64,000 nt of DNA from Octopus vulgaris (Eukaryota): NCBI GenBank assembly GCA_951406725.2, contig OX597821.1, forward strand, positions 108,438,001 through 108,502,000. Direction: 5' to 3'. Shown in pieces: positions 1 to 12,558 of this stretch; position 1 is the stretch's first letter, and each line of letters starts with the position of its first letter. The notes beneath the pieces are model-generated. The model had not been told where the DNA came from, did no database searches, and was given only the letters and a program-made list of their open reading frames with translations. Position numbers and translations under genes: made by a program.

Positions 1-909
1 CAACACCCGTTAAAAGGAGGGCTGGGCATGCCGTGGTTGATGATGCGCAGACACGCGCTGAGACTGCGGCATCTCTGGCTCTATGTAGACGACGGTGAAC
101 AGGTGTGGTCGCCGTTTGTGAGGCACGCTTTCCCGCAGCTCGTCTCCATGACCGAACTGCAGTCGTGGATCAAAAAGAGGCCGAGGAAGGGCGAATGGCA
201 CCGCGAGTGTCGCGTTGCTCTCAAGCAACTCTGCCGTCCTGGGTCGACCTTAAGTGACTTCAACACAACCAAAGCATTCTATAGGGGTTTAGTGGAGGGG
301 AGGTACGACGACGAGCTCGGGGCGAACCTGGACGTCGACGAGGAGTACCTGACCCGCCTGTTCAGGACGACTTTCGGGCCAGGGCCCATGGACAACTTCC
401 AGAGATCCCTGGCCTGGCAGTGCTACCGAGAAGCGCTACCCGTTCGGGATAAGCTCTACAGACACGGCTCGAGAAACACGGGGCCGACCTGCCCGAGATG
501 CGGTCAGAGCGACGAAACCGTTCTGCACGCACTCGTTCAGTGTCCAACAATTTCCGACCTGTGGGCTTATGTCGAACAACTGCTGTCACGTGTGGGACGA
601 GTCGGTTTATCAGCTGAGTCTATCGTCAATATTGTCACGCCTCCTTCCTTCAAACGGGAAGGAAGAGCTATTTTCATCATCCTTGTGGCTATGGCGAAAG
701 AATGTATCTGGTGGACGCGTCTGAAAGGATTGGAGACAAACACTTTCCTCTCTGGTCAATCTCTCATCAACTTCTTCAAGTACCACTTGAAAAGGAAAGT
801 GAGAGTAGAGAGGCAAGTTTTGTCTAGCGAATGTTTTAAAAAAAGATGGGTGAATGTAGCAAGAATGGCACGTATGAATGACGAAGCCACCTTGAGCATA
901 GTCCTATGA
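1..909 (+). CDS. C-terminal part of non-LTR retrotransposon ORF2 (Tx1/L1-clade-like) with zf-RVT CCHC zinc-binding domain; runs off the window start
   Basis: ORF 28..909 contains LAWQCYREALPVRDKL...CPRCGQSDETVLHALVQCP (Cx2C-x8-H-x4-C) and IWWTR, typical of the L1/Tx1 ORF2 C-terminus; GC-rich relative to the window. Confidence 0.88.
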   Translation, partial: QHPLKGGLGMPWLMMRRHALRLRHLWLYVDDGEQVWSPFVRHAFPQLVSMTELQSWIKKRPRKGEWHRECRVALKQLCRPGSTLSDFNTTKAFYRGLVEGRYDDELGANLDVDEEYLTRLFRTTFGPGPMDNFQRSLAWQCYREALPVRDKLYRHGSRNTGPTCPRCGQSDETVLHALVQCPTISDLWAYVEQLLSRVGRVGLSAESIVNIVTPPSFKREGRAIFIILVAMAKECIWWTRLKGLETNTFLSGQSLINFFKYHLKRKVRVERQVLSSECFKKRWVNVARMARMNDEATLSIVL

Positions 910-1280
910 ACCCAGAAATCGAAAACAGAGAGTTGCTTATTTGCAAAAAAAAAAAAAAGAAATATAAAATGTGACATCATTGACCGAGGTTACCGTGGTC
1001 TTTTCCGTAGGCTTTTCTTTGCACGGGTAAACTCCACCTGTCCTCCCCTTTACACTTCATATTGACATTTCTGTGATAACGATCCCTATTGATCAATTTT
1101 TTTCCTCCCCCCTTTTTTTAAACCCCCTTTTTTTGTCCTCTTTCTCTCCTTTTACGATCCCTTTTGATCGAAACTCCCCTTCCTTTTTTTTTTTTTTTTT
1201 TTCTTAAACCTTCAAAAGAAAAGCTCTACCTTGTAATTTGTTCTATCTGTGTGCAGCCCTGTGTGGCTAATAAAGAAACA
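1..1280 (+). mobile_element. Tx1/L1-like LINE 3' portion with T-rich 3' UTR ending directly in (TATC)n
   Basis: Stop at 909, pyrimidine-rich UTR, terminal CAGCCCTGTGTGGCTAATAAAGAAAC then (TATC)n; the same 3' end recurs at 31131-31395 on the minus strand. Confidence 0.85.
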
Positions 1281-1307
1281 TATCTATCTATCTATCTATC
1301 TAACTAA

Positions 1308-1375
<68 letters not shown>

Positions 1376-1401
1376 TTATCTGTCTATCTATTTATCTATC
1401 T
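1281..1401. repeat. (TATC)n microsatellite at the LINE 3' junction
   Basis: Direct reading. Confidence 0.95.
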
Positions 1402-1642
1402 GAGTTTCTCCCCCCCCCCACCATCGCTTCACAGCCGATGCTGGTGTGTTTACATCCCCGTAACTTAACAGTTCAACAAAAGGGACCGATAGCGTAAGAA
1501 TAGAGTCCTAGTGTCGGTTTGTTTGACCATCTAAATTACCTGCTGCCGTATACCTTTTATCAAGGACTATACCTGCTGAGGTAATTACCAGAATTGCCTT
1601 TGGACAAATCTATTCCTCAGAGGCTATAAATACCTCTAACTT

Positions 1643-1685
<43 letters not shown>

Positions 1686-1974
1686 TAGGTGTGGTATGTG
1701 TGTGTGTTATTTATTTTTGATCGACAGGAAATTAAGAAGTGACTCGGCGGCTGAGATTTATGTGGTCGCTACCAATATGCATACGTACTAATTTTGTATT
1801 CACACACATACACACACACTGACGCATACGCATATATGTTTTTGTATATAATTGCTGCACATACACACATATGTATAAGTATAATATAAGTATATACATA
1901 TATATATACATAGGTATAATATGTTAAGCCACATTCGAACACATGATAAATCTCATAAGAAACACACCCAACCG

Positions 1975-2009
1975 GAATCTGATGAATCATAAGCGAAACA
2001 AGTCACATT
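1975..2009 (+). ncRNA. Degenerate type I hammerhead ribozyme motif
   Basis: CTGATGA-atcataagc-GAAAC-aa-GTC; core boxes intact but helices I and II pair poorly. Confidence 0.4.
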
Positions 2010-2301
2010 AAATACATTAAAAAATACCAAAAAACATCTCATCAATATATATAAAAAAAAAAGTGTACTCTACCAATATTAAATAGAGATGTTTGGAGTT
2101 GGGAGTTGAGGTTAGTGTGAGAGAGGGCAGGATCTGATTGGTATGTTGTGTCAATAAACCTTTTGTGACTTGACGCCTAGTCTGACTTCGTTATTAGATC
2201 TCTCGAAGAATCTTGTTTGATCACCATTATTTATTTATTTATTTATTTATTATATTTATCTGATATTATATACTGCTGAGATATGATTTTCTACCCCCCT
2301 A

Positions 2302-2342
<41 letters not shown>

Positions 2343-2611
2343 TACTAACAAGCGTCAGGCATAATGCAGTACATTTTCTGTCTGCCTGATATTACAAAGG
2401 CATTGTACTCCGTTTCAATTTGCCCACCATTACTTTTTTCTACTCTAGGCACAAGGCCCGAAATTTTGTGGGGAGGGGGCCAGTCGATTAGATCGACCCC
2501 AGTGTTTTACTGGAACTTAATTTACCGACCCCGAAAGTATGTGAGGCAAAGGCGACCTCAGAGCCTAAATACGTCCGGCGTTCTAACGATTCTGTCAGCT
2601 TACTGCCTTAA

Positions 2612-2619
2612 ATAATATT

Positions 2620-2669
<50 letters not shown>

Positions 2670-2673
2670 TAAA

Positions 2674-2750
<77 letters not shown>

Positions 2751-2770
2751 TGATGATGATGATTATAATA
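2612..2770. repeat. (AAT)n/(GAT)n microsatellite
   Basis: Direct reading. Confidence 0.95.
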
Positions 2771-3357
2771 AATGCCCTGATGCAATACCAGGCAGTGGCA
2801 ATGCTCTGATGCAGTACCAGGCAGTGGCTCTCATGGCTTCTGATCTTAACTGATTGGAAGTGTTATCATGTACATTGTTTTGTCTTGGCATAAAAGATGG
2901 GCTACAGCAAATATTCTGCTCAATGCCACAGATTTGCTTGTCAGTTGTTTGACCTTAACCAGTTGACCAAGTCCTTTAGTGGCTGACGATATGTGCATCT
3001 CTGATCATGAGCAGAAGTATTGGGGAAGCATCAAAGCCGTGTGTTGAAAGGAATTCTTAGGGGTTTGGATAATTCACCTTTGGAAACATGGGTGTTTTGT
3101 TCAACATCCTTAAACAATCCTTATTCAGGGACCTTTTGAGCGGGATGGGCTACTCGACCAGAAGAAAATTCTAACTGGGCCCCACCTGCAAGGTCATGTG
3201 CTGTTTATCTTGATATGAGATCCCCATGTCGCGCTCATATGGTTGTGATGCATGTGCTTAGTGTACCCTTATCAGACAGGTAGTCATGATGGGTATTGTG
3301 GGCTTCGTATATTTTACCCCAGTGTCACTTTGATGGCATCCACTGCTCTCTCACTCT
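2770..3357. mobile_element. Probable interspersed repeat cassette (about 590 bp) embedded between AAT/GAT tracts
   Basis: Complex non-coding block with a terminal tandem duplication (ATGCCCTGATGCAATACCAGGCAGTGGC-like x2) and trinucleotide tracts on both sides; single copy in the window. Confidence 0.45.
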
Positions 3358-3844
3358 ATAATAATAATGATGATGCTGATACTGATGATGATGATGATGT
3401 TGATGATGATGATGATGATGACAGTGGTGGTGATGATGAGGATAATTGTTTCCCCTATAAGCACACGCTCTCAAATCTTGAAGGGGAAGGGAGCAGTCGA
3501 TATCAGCGACCCCAGTTCTTAACTGGTAGCTTGTTTTGTTGAGACCCCCGAAAGGATGTCAGACAAAGTCGACCTCGGTAAAATTTGAACTCATGCGGTA
3601 AACATGAAACGAAATGGCGCTAAGCATTTTGTTCGGCGCACTGAAAATTCTGCCAGCTCGTCACATTACTTTAACATATTATAATTGCTACAAATTTTGG
3701 CACGATGCCAGCAATTTCAAGGAGATGGGGGTAGGTCGGGTTACTTCAACCCCAGTATTTGATTGGTATTTATTTTATCGACCCCCGAATGGATGAAAGG
3801 CAGAGTTGACCTCGGCAGAATTTGAATCTGGGCATTTCGCGACG

Positions 3845-3876
<32 letters not shown>

Positions 3877-3882
3877 ACTCAC

Positions 3883-3966
<84 letters not shown>

Positions 3967-4471
3967 ACATATACTTACGTATATACACCTACACATATAT
4001 GTAATTACATACATATATATGCGTTAAGTACGTTTGTTTAAATGAAAATATGGGACATTTTTCCTTGTTTATTCATACGAATTTTTCGTTTTCCATCTGC
4101 CTTGATTTCAAATGTTTAAAGAATTATTTTGACAACAATGACGAATATCATTATAATGTTTATAATGTTTATTATTTCTGGTTGATATATATATGCATGT
4201 GTACGCGTATGGGTGAGTATTACATGTATGCGCGTATGGGTGAGTATTACGTGTATATATATACAATCCGCGTGAAATATGAATAAACTGCAAATTAGTA
4301 AATATGGCAACAATTAATAATAATGATAAAAGCAATGCGGAGGAATAACTCTCAAAACGGAAGGAAGGAGAGAGCGGTGTTAAAAAATATTTCAACGCCA
4401 TTGTTGACAGGAAGTGATTTCCGTTCTAATCCATAAGAAATAAATAGTTCCTGAAACGGTGGCTATTAGAC

Positions 4472-4580
<109 letters not shown>

Positions 4581-4915
4581 TATGATATATGCATATATAT
4601 CTAAATATATATATACATTTATATATATATATATTTATATATATATATATTTACGCCTAGCGTAGCGAGGGGTCAGGTCATTCTATATCACCTCTTGTAC
4701 ATTCATTTGAAGAATGTAAATCGTCCCGCTGGGAGTTAGTCCAGCCTTACAAATCATCTATCTATCTAATAGCCACCGTTTCAGGAACTGTTTATTTCTT
4801 ATGGAAATATATATATATAACAGGAAGATTTACGAAATAAACAAAAGACGAAGGCAGGTGGAGTACAAACAAACAAATGTATTAGTATGGCGCTCAGGAA
4901 TAGAAATAGAACAAG

Positions 4916-4953
4916 TCTTTTAGGTTTCGAGCCTACGCTCTTCGACAGAAAGA
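4916..4953 (-). ncRNA. Minimal hammerhead-like motif, A6U core variant, in a short dispersed repeat (about 4820-5020)
   Basis: Minus strand TCTTT-CTGTCGA-A-GAGC-gtag-GCTC-GAAA-CC-TA-AAAGA; helix I 5 bp, helix II 4 bp; homologs at 27675 and 51289. Confidence 0.6.
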
Positions 4954-5142
4954 TACACAGAAAAAAAACAAGGAAAAAAAAAAGGAGAGAAAAAAATGCG
5001 TGTAGGAGCTAACGATCTATATATATATAACAGTAGCTGCACGAAATTGTATATTTAAATATATATGATGATATTTATAATAATATCGGAGTAGCACTTG
5101 TAAAATAATTTATAACTGTATGAATTATCAATTAATAATTCT

Positions 5143-5377
5143 GGGTACTAGTAAGTTGTACGAGCGTGTTAGCTAGCGGTCAGAATGCTCAAACCAGAAG
5201 TTGTCAATTAAAGAAAAGGATGAAAGCGAGTAAATGAATAAAAACGGATTCGGTCGGATATGTATGGTTTTCAATTTTCGATTTTCCTTTTTTTTTTTTT
5301 TTTGTTATTGGGCAGGGGTTCATAGGTTTTGCTCATTTGCCCGCTTATTACCACGCTGGTACTACTTGCTAGTACCT
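5143..5377. mobile_element. MITE-like element with imperfect terminal inverted repeats
   Basis: GGTACTAGTAAGTTGTACGAGCGTG at the left matches the reverse complement of CACGCTGGTACTACTTGCTAGTACC at the right. Confidence 0.55.
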
Positions 5378-5480
5378 TTAATTATTAATGTGTGTGTGTG
5401 AGGGGGGGGGGTATGTGTGTAATTTCAGAATTAAAGTATTTTCATAAGAAAGGCACCAATTTAGAATTGGGGATAGTATA

Positions 5481-5710
5481 CCTATTTCTTTACTACCCAC
5501 AAGGGGCTAAACACAGAGAGGACAAACAAGGACAAACGGATTAAGTCGATTATATCGACCCCAGTGCGTAACTGGTACTTATTTAATCGACCCCGAAAGG
5601 ATGAAAGGCAAAGTCAACCTCGGCGGAATTTGAACTCAGAACGTAACGGCAGACGAAATACGTCTACGCATTTCGCCTGGCGTGCTAACGTTTCTGCCAG
5701 CTCGCCGCCT
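5481..5710 (-). mobile_element. tRNA-derived SINE, family B (full length)
   Basis: Minus strand starts GGCGGCGAGCTGGCAGAAACGTTAGC (box A-like) with GAGTTCAAATTCC (box B); many copies in the window (2440-2610, 3490-3840, 17845-18048, 43117-44405). Confidence 0.85.
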
Positions 5711-6022
5711 TTATGGGGATAGTATACCTGTGCTTTAACAGACTGTACCGATACTCACGTACTTACGAATTTGTCATTCATGTTACGCGTACATTTACAG
5801 CTATAGACTAAAGAAACCCGATGTATACGTAAAATCATACAAGGCTACACACCGGCAATCAGTCCACCGGTTAAATATAGGCTCAAGATCTTACACATGG
5901 AAGGTTCCGAGTGTAGCGTGGTATATATCCATTTGTGTTATCATATATATATATATGAGACAATAACACACTCTTTTTATGTCGGTATAAAGAAAAATTA
6001 TGAGTCCACATGACTTCGCTTA

Positions 6023-6084
6023 ATCACAGATGTGTTTCGAACTCAAAGTAAGTTATAATTACCTATTGTTCTCCTCAGTGTAAT
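6023..6084 (-). ncRNA. Type I hammerhead ribozyme motif with decayed helix III
   Basis: ATTACA-CTGAGGA-GAAC...GTTC-GAAA-CACA-TC-TGTGAT; helix I 6 bp (one G-U), helix II GAAC/GTTC; ACACAT is consistent with CpG decay of palindromic ACGCGT. Confidence 0.7.
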
Positions 6085-6615
6085 ACTCCGAGTTATAAAT
6101 TTGCAAGTGTTAGGATTAGATATGAACGCGATCAAGCATACACGGATTTTGGATTAGCTGACATATGTTTATGCTGTATTTCAACTGCTAAAAGGCAAAT
6201 ACAATGCAATTACTGCGAAGAATTATATCTCTCTTATGGTAAAAAGGTGTGAAAACACCCGGTTCGTTCAGTGTCTCCATGTGTTAGAAATCCCATACAT
6301 GGATGTTTCAAGCTGCTTGGATCTCGTCAATAAGATGTAACTAAGAGAGGTAACTCTGAACGTGCTTAGCGTTAACATTTCGATGTTTTTCGTGATCAAA
6401 CGATCTACTAGCGCAAATCTTTCAACGTTGTTGACTGAATTGTCCATAAAGCGAGGGCAAAGGAATCATAAAGAGGAGAACGAGGAGAAGGGAGAGGAGA
6501 GGGAGATAACGATTTTGTAGTTACGTAAGGAGTTATACAAATGCGAAATTTGTTTTTTATTTAATTTTATTTCAAGGTATTACACAGACACACACAGACA
6601 CACACACACAAACAC

Positions 6616-6697
<82 letters not shown>

Positions 6698-6702
6698 GGT
6701 GA

Positions 6703-7060
6703 CCGTCTTTCAGTTTCCGTCTACCAAATCCACTCACAAGGCTTCGGTCGACCCGAGGCTATAGAAGAAGACACTTGCCCAATGTGCCACGCAGTGGGAC
6801 TGAACCCGGATCCATGTGGTTGACCAGCAAGCTACTTAACACACAGCCACTCCTGCGCTTATGTATATGTTTGTGTCCCCCCCCACTACCACCACCATCG
6901 CTTGACAACCGATGTTTGTGTGTTTACTTGCCCATTACTTACCGGTTCGACAGAATAAGCACCAGGTTTGCAAAGAATAAGTCTTGGAGTCGATTTGTTC
7001 GACTAAAGCGGTGCTCCAGCATGGCCGCAGTGAAATAACTGAAAAAATAAAATAAAAGAG
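6703..7060. mobile_element. SINE family A fragments: head on minus strand (6703-6858), tail on plus strand (6868-7060)
   Basis: Sequence match by eye to the full copy at 21595-21980. Confidence 0.8.
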
Positions 7061-7069
7061 TATATATAT

Positions 7070-7101
<32 letters not shown>

Positions 7102-7384
7102 ATTGGTTAAGCGTACACAGGATCCTGCGAGTGACGTCATGGGTGCCATACGGACATTTAATTATGCATTATCAGCTGGAAGATCAAAAATAAAATAGAT
7201 AATGTTCAATAAAGTTCTTCGTGTATTGATTAAAAGTTTGCTATTTCCCCTGGAATGTCTTGCAACCGAAAATATAGCCCCAAATAGTCTTTGACATCTG
7301 TTCCATTATTTCGATATTTCAATGAATTTCAAATTATGTTACCATGACATTTTTGATTTTAATGTTTGCATCAGAGACCTCCTC

Positions 7385-7447
<63 letters not shown>

Positions 7448-7603
7448 GTCTCTCTCCCTCTCTTACTCGCCCTGCCTGATTTTGTCTCATTTCGGCTTCT
7501 CTCTCCCTCTATTTCTCTGTCTCTATCTATCTGCCTCTCTCACTCTTTCTTTCACTCACACGCTCTCACACTTATTCTCTATCTGTATGTCTCTCACTCT
7601 GTC

Positions 7604-7741
<138 letters not shown>

Positions 7742-9139
7742 GTCTGTCTATCTACGTGCGTGTGTGTTTCTGCGTTTGTGTGTGTGTATACATGTATATA
7801 TATATATATGTGTGTGTATATATATATATACATATATACATACATATATATGTATGTATATATGCATGTGTGTATACATTAATATATGTATACATGCATG
7901 TATGTGTACATACATACATACATACATATATACATACATACATATATACATATATATGAACTCTGAACCTCAATACCCGAAATCAGTATCGCGAAGTCGT
8001 TTGTCCGACGCTCAAACAACTGTCCCCGCTCAATAATAACAAATACAACAACTATAGCAGCGCCACCACAGCAGCCAAACACTCTTTAGGTAAGAAGACC
8101 GGTTTTGTAGTGATAGCTAATGTGATTGTTTCATTTGAGGAAAAAAAACAACTAAATGAAATACAGATAAAACGTAAAAAATTTAGAAGAATATATTTTT
8201 CTCGTATGTTGCTGTGACTGCACACCATTGATGAAACACTCGCTCTCTACATTGAAATAGCCGCCATTTTGTTTCCTTTCGTTGTCGTCTTAAATATCTG
8301 CTCGCTTCGTTAAGATTGCCTTACATTCTCCTTCATAATCATTTACCAAGGAGACTGGAGTCTTTTAGTCTCACGGTTCAATTTTCTCTCTCCACCATCT
8401 CTCTCTATCCCTTTCTCTCTACCCTCTCTCATTCGCGTGCCCTATAATTTTTCCCCTACTCTCATACAGACACTTCTCTCTCTTTCTCTCTTCCCCTTGC
8501 TTCTTTATTCATTTTCTTTTTGTTCTTTTTTGACTTGATTGAGTCTAGGTTTTGTTGTTTTTGTTGTTATTGTAGCGAGGGGTCAGGTCATTCTATATCA
8601 CCTCTTGTACATTCATTTGAAGAATGTAAATCGTCCAGCTGGGAGTTAGTCCAGCCTTACAAATCACTGCACGCTTCATCAAGTTGTCGCCGTCATAATG
8701 ACCGCGGTTGTACATAAGGTGACGGAGAGGATGAATGAAGAATAGAGTGGAAGGGAGGCGGGGTAATTTATATTAAAAAAGAAAAAGGAAAGGGCGCGGA
8801 ACAAAATAATAAAAGAATTGGGGCGGCGGGGTGATTAGAGATATAATGAGAAAGAGAAGAAAGGGAGATCAGATATATTGAGTGAAGGAGAGAATGTGTG
8901 AGAGATTAAGTGACGGAGAGAGTGAGAGAGAGACAGACGGACAGACAGATTGACTGAAAGAAATAGAGTGGGGAGAGACTCAGACATGCTTATATGTACA
9001 GAAAATCACACTCATAATAGACATACCTACTTAAATATGTGAGAGGAAGGGAGAGAGGGGGAGAGAGAATGAATGCGTCTTAGTGTGTGAGAAAGAGCGA
9101 GAAAAATTTTTTTGCGTGTGAAAGAAAGGCAGAGCAAGA

Positions 9140-9175
<36 letters not shown>

Positions 9176-9182
9176 CAGAGAC

Positions 9183-9235
<53 letters not shown>

Positions 9236-9254
9236 GAAGTCTCTGCATGAGAGG

Positions 9255-9290
<36 letters not shown>

Positions 9291-9808
9291 GAGAAGTCTC
9301 TGCGTGGGAGGAAGAGAGAGAGAAAGTGTGTGTCAAAAAGAGAGAGAAAAGTGTTTACGTGTATGTCATACAGACAGACAGGAATGAGAGAGAAAATGTG
9401 TGTGTGATTATGTATGTGTGTGTGAATGTGTGTGTGTGTGTGTGTGTGTGAGTGAGTGTGTGTGTGTAAGCGTACGTGTGTGAAAGAGAAAGAGAGAGAG
9501 AGGGAAGTGTAGGTATGAGAGGAAGAGAAATATTGTAGAACATGTTAGTGAGAGAGACAAGTGTGTGTCAAGAAGAGAGAGAAAAGTGTTTTCATGTGTA
9601 TCATACAGGCAGACAGACGGCGGGAGGGAGAGAGAAAATGTGTGTTTGTGTGTGAGAGGAAGGGAGAGAGTTGAAAGAGAGAGAGAGAGAGAGAGGAAAT
9701 GTATGCATGAGACGAAGAGGAAGATTGTAGAACATGTGATTGAGCGAGAGGGGGAGGGAGAGACAGTGGTGGGGGTGAGAGAGAAGTGTATGCGTTGGAG
9801 AGTTAGGT

Positions 9809-9849
<41 letters not shown>

Positions 9850-10136
9850 GAGAGTATGTGTGCGAGAGAGAAGAGCGTGTGTGCACGAGGGGTGAGTGTA
9901 TGTATAAAGGAGAGAGTAAAATGTAAGCGTGAGAGAGAGAGAAAGAGATAAATGTTGATGTGGGGGAGAAGAATGCATGGGGGAAGGAGAGAGAGAGACA
10001 GAGAGAGAGAGAGAAAGAAAAGTGTGTGCGTGAGAGGGAGAGAAAAGTGTATGCAAGCAATAGCAATACAATGAAAGTAAGAGAGAGAGAAAGAGAGAGA
10101 GAGGAGTAGAAAGGAAGGGGAAAGTGCAAAAGAGAA

Positions 10137-10195
<59 letters not shown>

Positions 10196-10260
10196 TGGAG
10201 AGATAGAGACGAGTGAAGAGCGACTCACAAAGAATGGGCCACAAGAGACAGAAAACGGGA
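9140..10260. repeat. Degenerate GA/GT/GACA low-complexity domain with internal duplications
   Basis: Runs of (GA)n, (GACA)n, (GT)n; 9320-9410 resembles 9560-9650. Confidence 0.85.
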
Positions 10261-11040
10261 GGAAGACAGAATGCAATTAATAAAGAGAAGAATTCAAGAT
10301 GGTTCCTAAACGTATCAGCCTCCCAGATAGCGTTTCTTCGTAGGAGAAGGCAGTGAAGGGGAAGAAATAGAAAGGAACGAGGGTACAGGCCGGGCGTATT
10401 TGTGGGTAAATTTTGAACAAGAGCAGGCGGGGGGAGCAGATTGAGGCAGTGCTTGGTAGGGCAGATAAGAGGGAGATAGGGAAGAGTTATTTTTTGTTTT
10501 TTTTGTTTTTTTCTTCTTGTTTTAGCTCAGAGCTGCGGCCATGCTGATGCACCAGGATACTGAAGAAATATAACACACGAAAACAAAAACAACAAAATCT
10601 AGGAATAAACAAAACAGCAAAAAACCTCATTTAATAAAAAAAAAAAGCATAAATAAATAAATAAGCATAATTAAAGAAATGGTGGTGCTGCTGCCAATCA
10701 AGCTGATGTATTGTGGTCAGTGAGGCATTTTATTGGTTACTATCGAAGCTATTGCCATGGAAACTGACTCCGTGTAAAAATTGACGCTTGAGGTTGATCA
10801 GATCAGAGAGAAAATATGAAGGGAATTTTATTCAGTAATTTTTTTTTTATGGATTTGTATATTGGGTCCATTTGTCTGTCAGTCTGTCAGTCTGTATATC
10901 TGTCTGTTTGTCTGTTTGTCTCTCTGTCTAACAGACTATATGTATTTTTGCAATATGCCTATATGTGTAAAATATAGATATGGTTGTACATCTATGTGTA
11001 TGAGTGTGTGAATAACTACACTGTATGACTATATATTTAT

Positions 11041-11410
11041 GTGGAGGTGCAACGGCCCAGTGGTTAGGGCAGCGGACTCGTGGTCATAGGATCGCGATTT
11101 CGATTCCCAGATCGGACGTTTATTGAGCGAAAGCACCTTAGTCTACATGAGGCCCCTGTAGGGGTTGGTGGCGAACTCTGTTGTACTCTGTCAACACAAC
11201 TTCCTCTCACTCTTTCTTCTTGTTTCTGTTGTACCTGTATTTTAAAGGGCCAGCCTTTTCACACTCTGTGTCACACTGAATCTCTCGAGAACTATTTTAA
11301 GGGTACCCATGTGTCTGTGGAGTGCTCAGCCACTTGCACGTTAATTTCACGAGTAGGCTGTTCCGTTGATCGGTTCGACTGGAACCCTCGTCGTCGTAAA
11401 CGACGAAGTG
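11041..11410 (+). mobile_element. tRNA-derived SINE, family C
   Basis: GGCCCAGTGGTTAGGGCAGCGGACTCG...TTCGATTCCC tRNA-like head; homologous head at 60702; tail repeated at 11590-11710. Confidence 0.8.
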
Positions 11411-11423
11411 CACACACTATACT

Positions 11424-11483
<60 letters not shown>

Positions 11484-11707
11484 TATCTGTCCGTTTGTCT
11501 GTCCATCCATAAATCCATGTATGTACGTATGCATATTCTTTTACTTGTTTCAGTCTGCGGCCATGCTGGAGCACCTCATTAAAGAACTACATTAATGGTA
11601 CACGTGTCTGTGAAAATGCTCGGCCACTTGCACGATAATTTTACGAGCAGGCTGTTCCGTTGATCGGATCAACTGGAACCTTTGTCGTCGTAAGCGACGG
11701 AGGGCCA

Positions 11708-11748
<41 letters not shown>

Positions 11749-11754
<6 letters not shown>

Positions 11755-12548
11755 AAAACTTTATATAGAGAGAACGTGAAATACACGAACTGACGAACAC
11801 GGAAAACAGACAATCATTCAGAGCCTTCATTCTTCAGTCAGAAACCGATTCATCATAGCAAATTTCGGCTGTTTAATTCTGAGATTTGCTCCAAAACGGC
11901 CAGCCCCAAGGAAAAGCTAAGCTATGGGCATTAGATTTCTTTGGTAGAAGGAAAGAATGTGACAACAGAGACGAATAGGAAAACAAGAGACGAAGATAAA
12001 ATTGGAAACAGTAACGAATAAAAACAGGAATGACAAGGGGCGTCTTACGACTTTGAGACAAAATGGGACAACAACAATTGATCAGCAAGCGTGGGAAGCG
12101 ATTACCTTTTCGGTAGAGATGACACGTGTAGACCAGGCGGCTGTCGCCAATGGAATGGCTTAGTAGCAGCAGGTTGCAAGAAGGTGAGAGAGAAAGAGAG
12201 ACAGAGAGAGAGGGGATTAAGGAGGGCCGAGAACAGAAGCAATGACCAAGAGAGAGAGAAAGAAAGAATTAAAGAGGATGGGAGGAAGAGGCGCCAAAAT
12301 AACTTGGTAAAGAAGCGCCAAAATACCTTGGGGAAGAAGCAATGGCGGAAGGGAAAGAGAAAGTTAAAGTTAAAGAAGTCGTGCAATGGTGGAGATATGA
12401 CAAACATAAAGGGATTTGGTGCACGTACGCTGCGATAATATAGAATAAAACTTTATATAGAGATAACGTGAAATACACGAACTGACGAACACGGAAAACA
12501 GACAGTCATTCAGAGCCTTCATTCTTCAGTCAGAAACCGATTCATCAT
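11749..12548. mobile_element. Penelope-like fragment bounded by about 105-bp direct repeats (pseudo-LTR-like)
   Basis: GAATAAAACTTTATATAGAG...CAGAAACCGATTCATCAT occurs at about 11751-11856 and 12443-12548; flanked by (TA)n; Penelope assignment is inferred from the architecture only. Confidence 0.5.
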
Positions 12549-12558
12549 ATATATATAT

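Noticed and set aside
1596-1625. Minus-strand GCCT-CTGAGGA...AGGC resembling a hammerhead 5' half
   Set aside because: GAAA box and helix III are missing
11785-11820. Hammerhead-like CTGACGA...GGAAAAC...GTC in the direct repeats (also about 12478-12512)
   Set aside because: No room for a credible helix II and helix I is out of register
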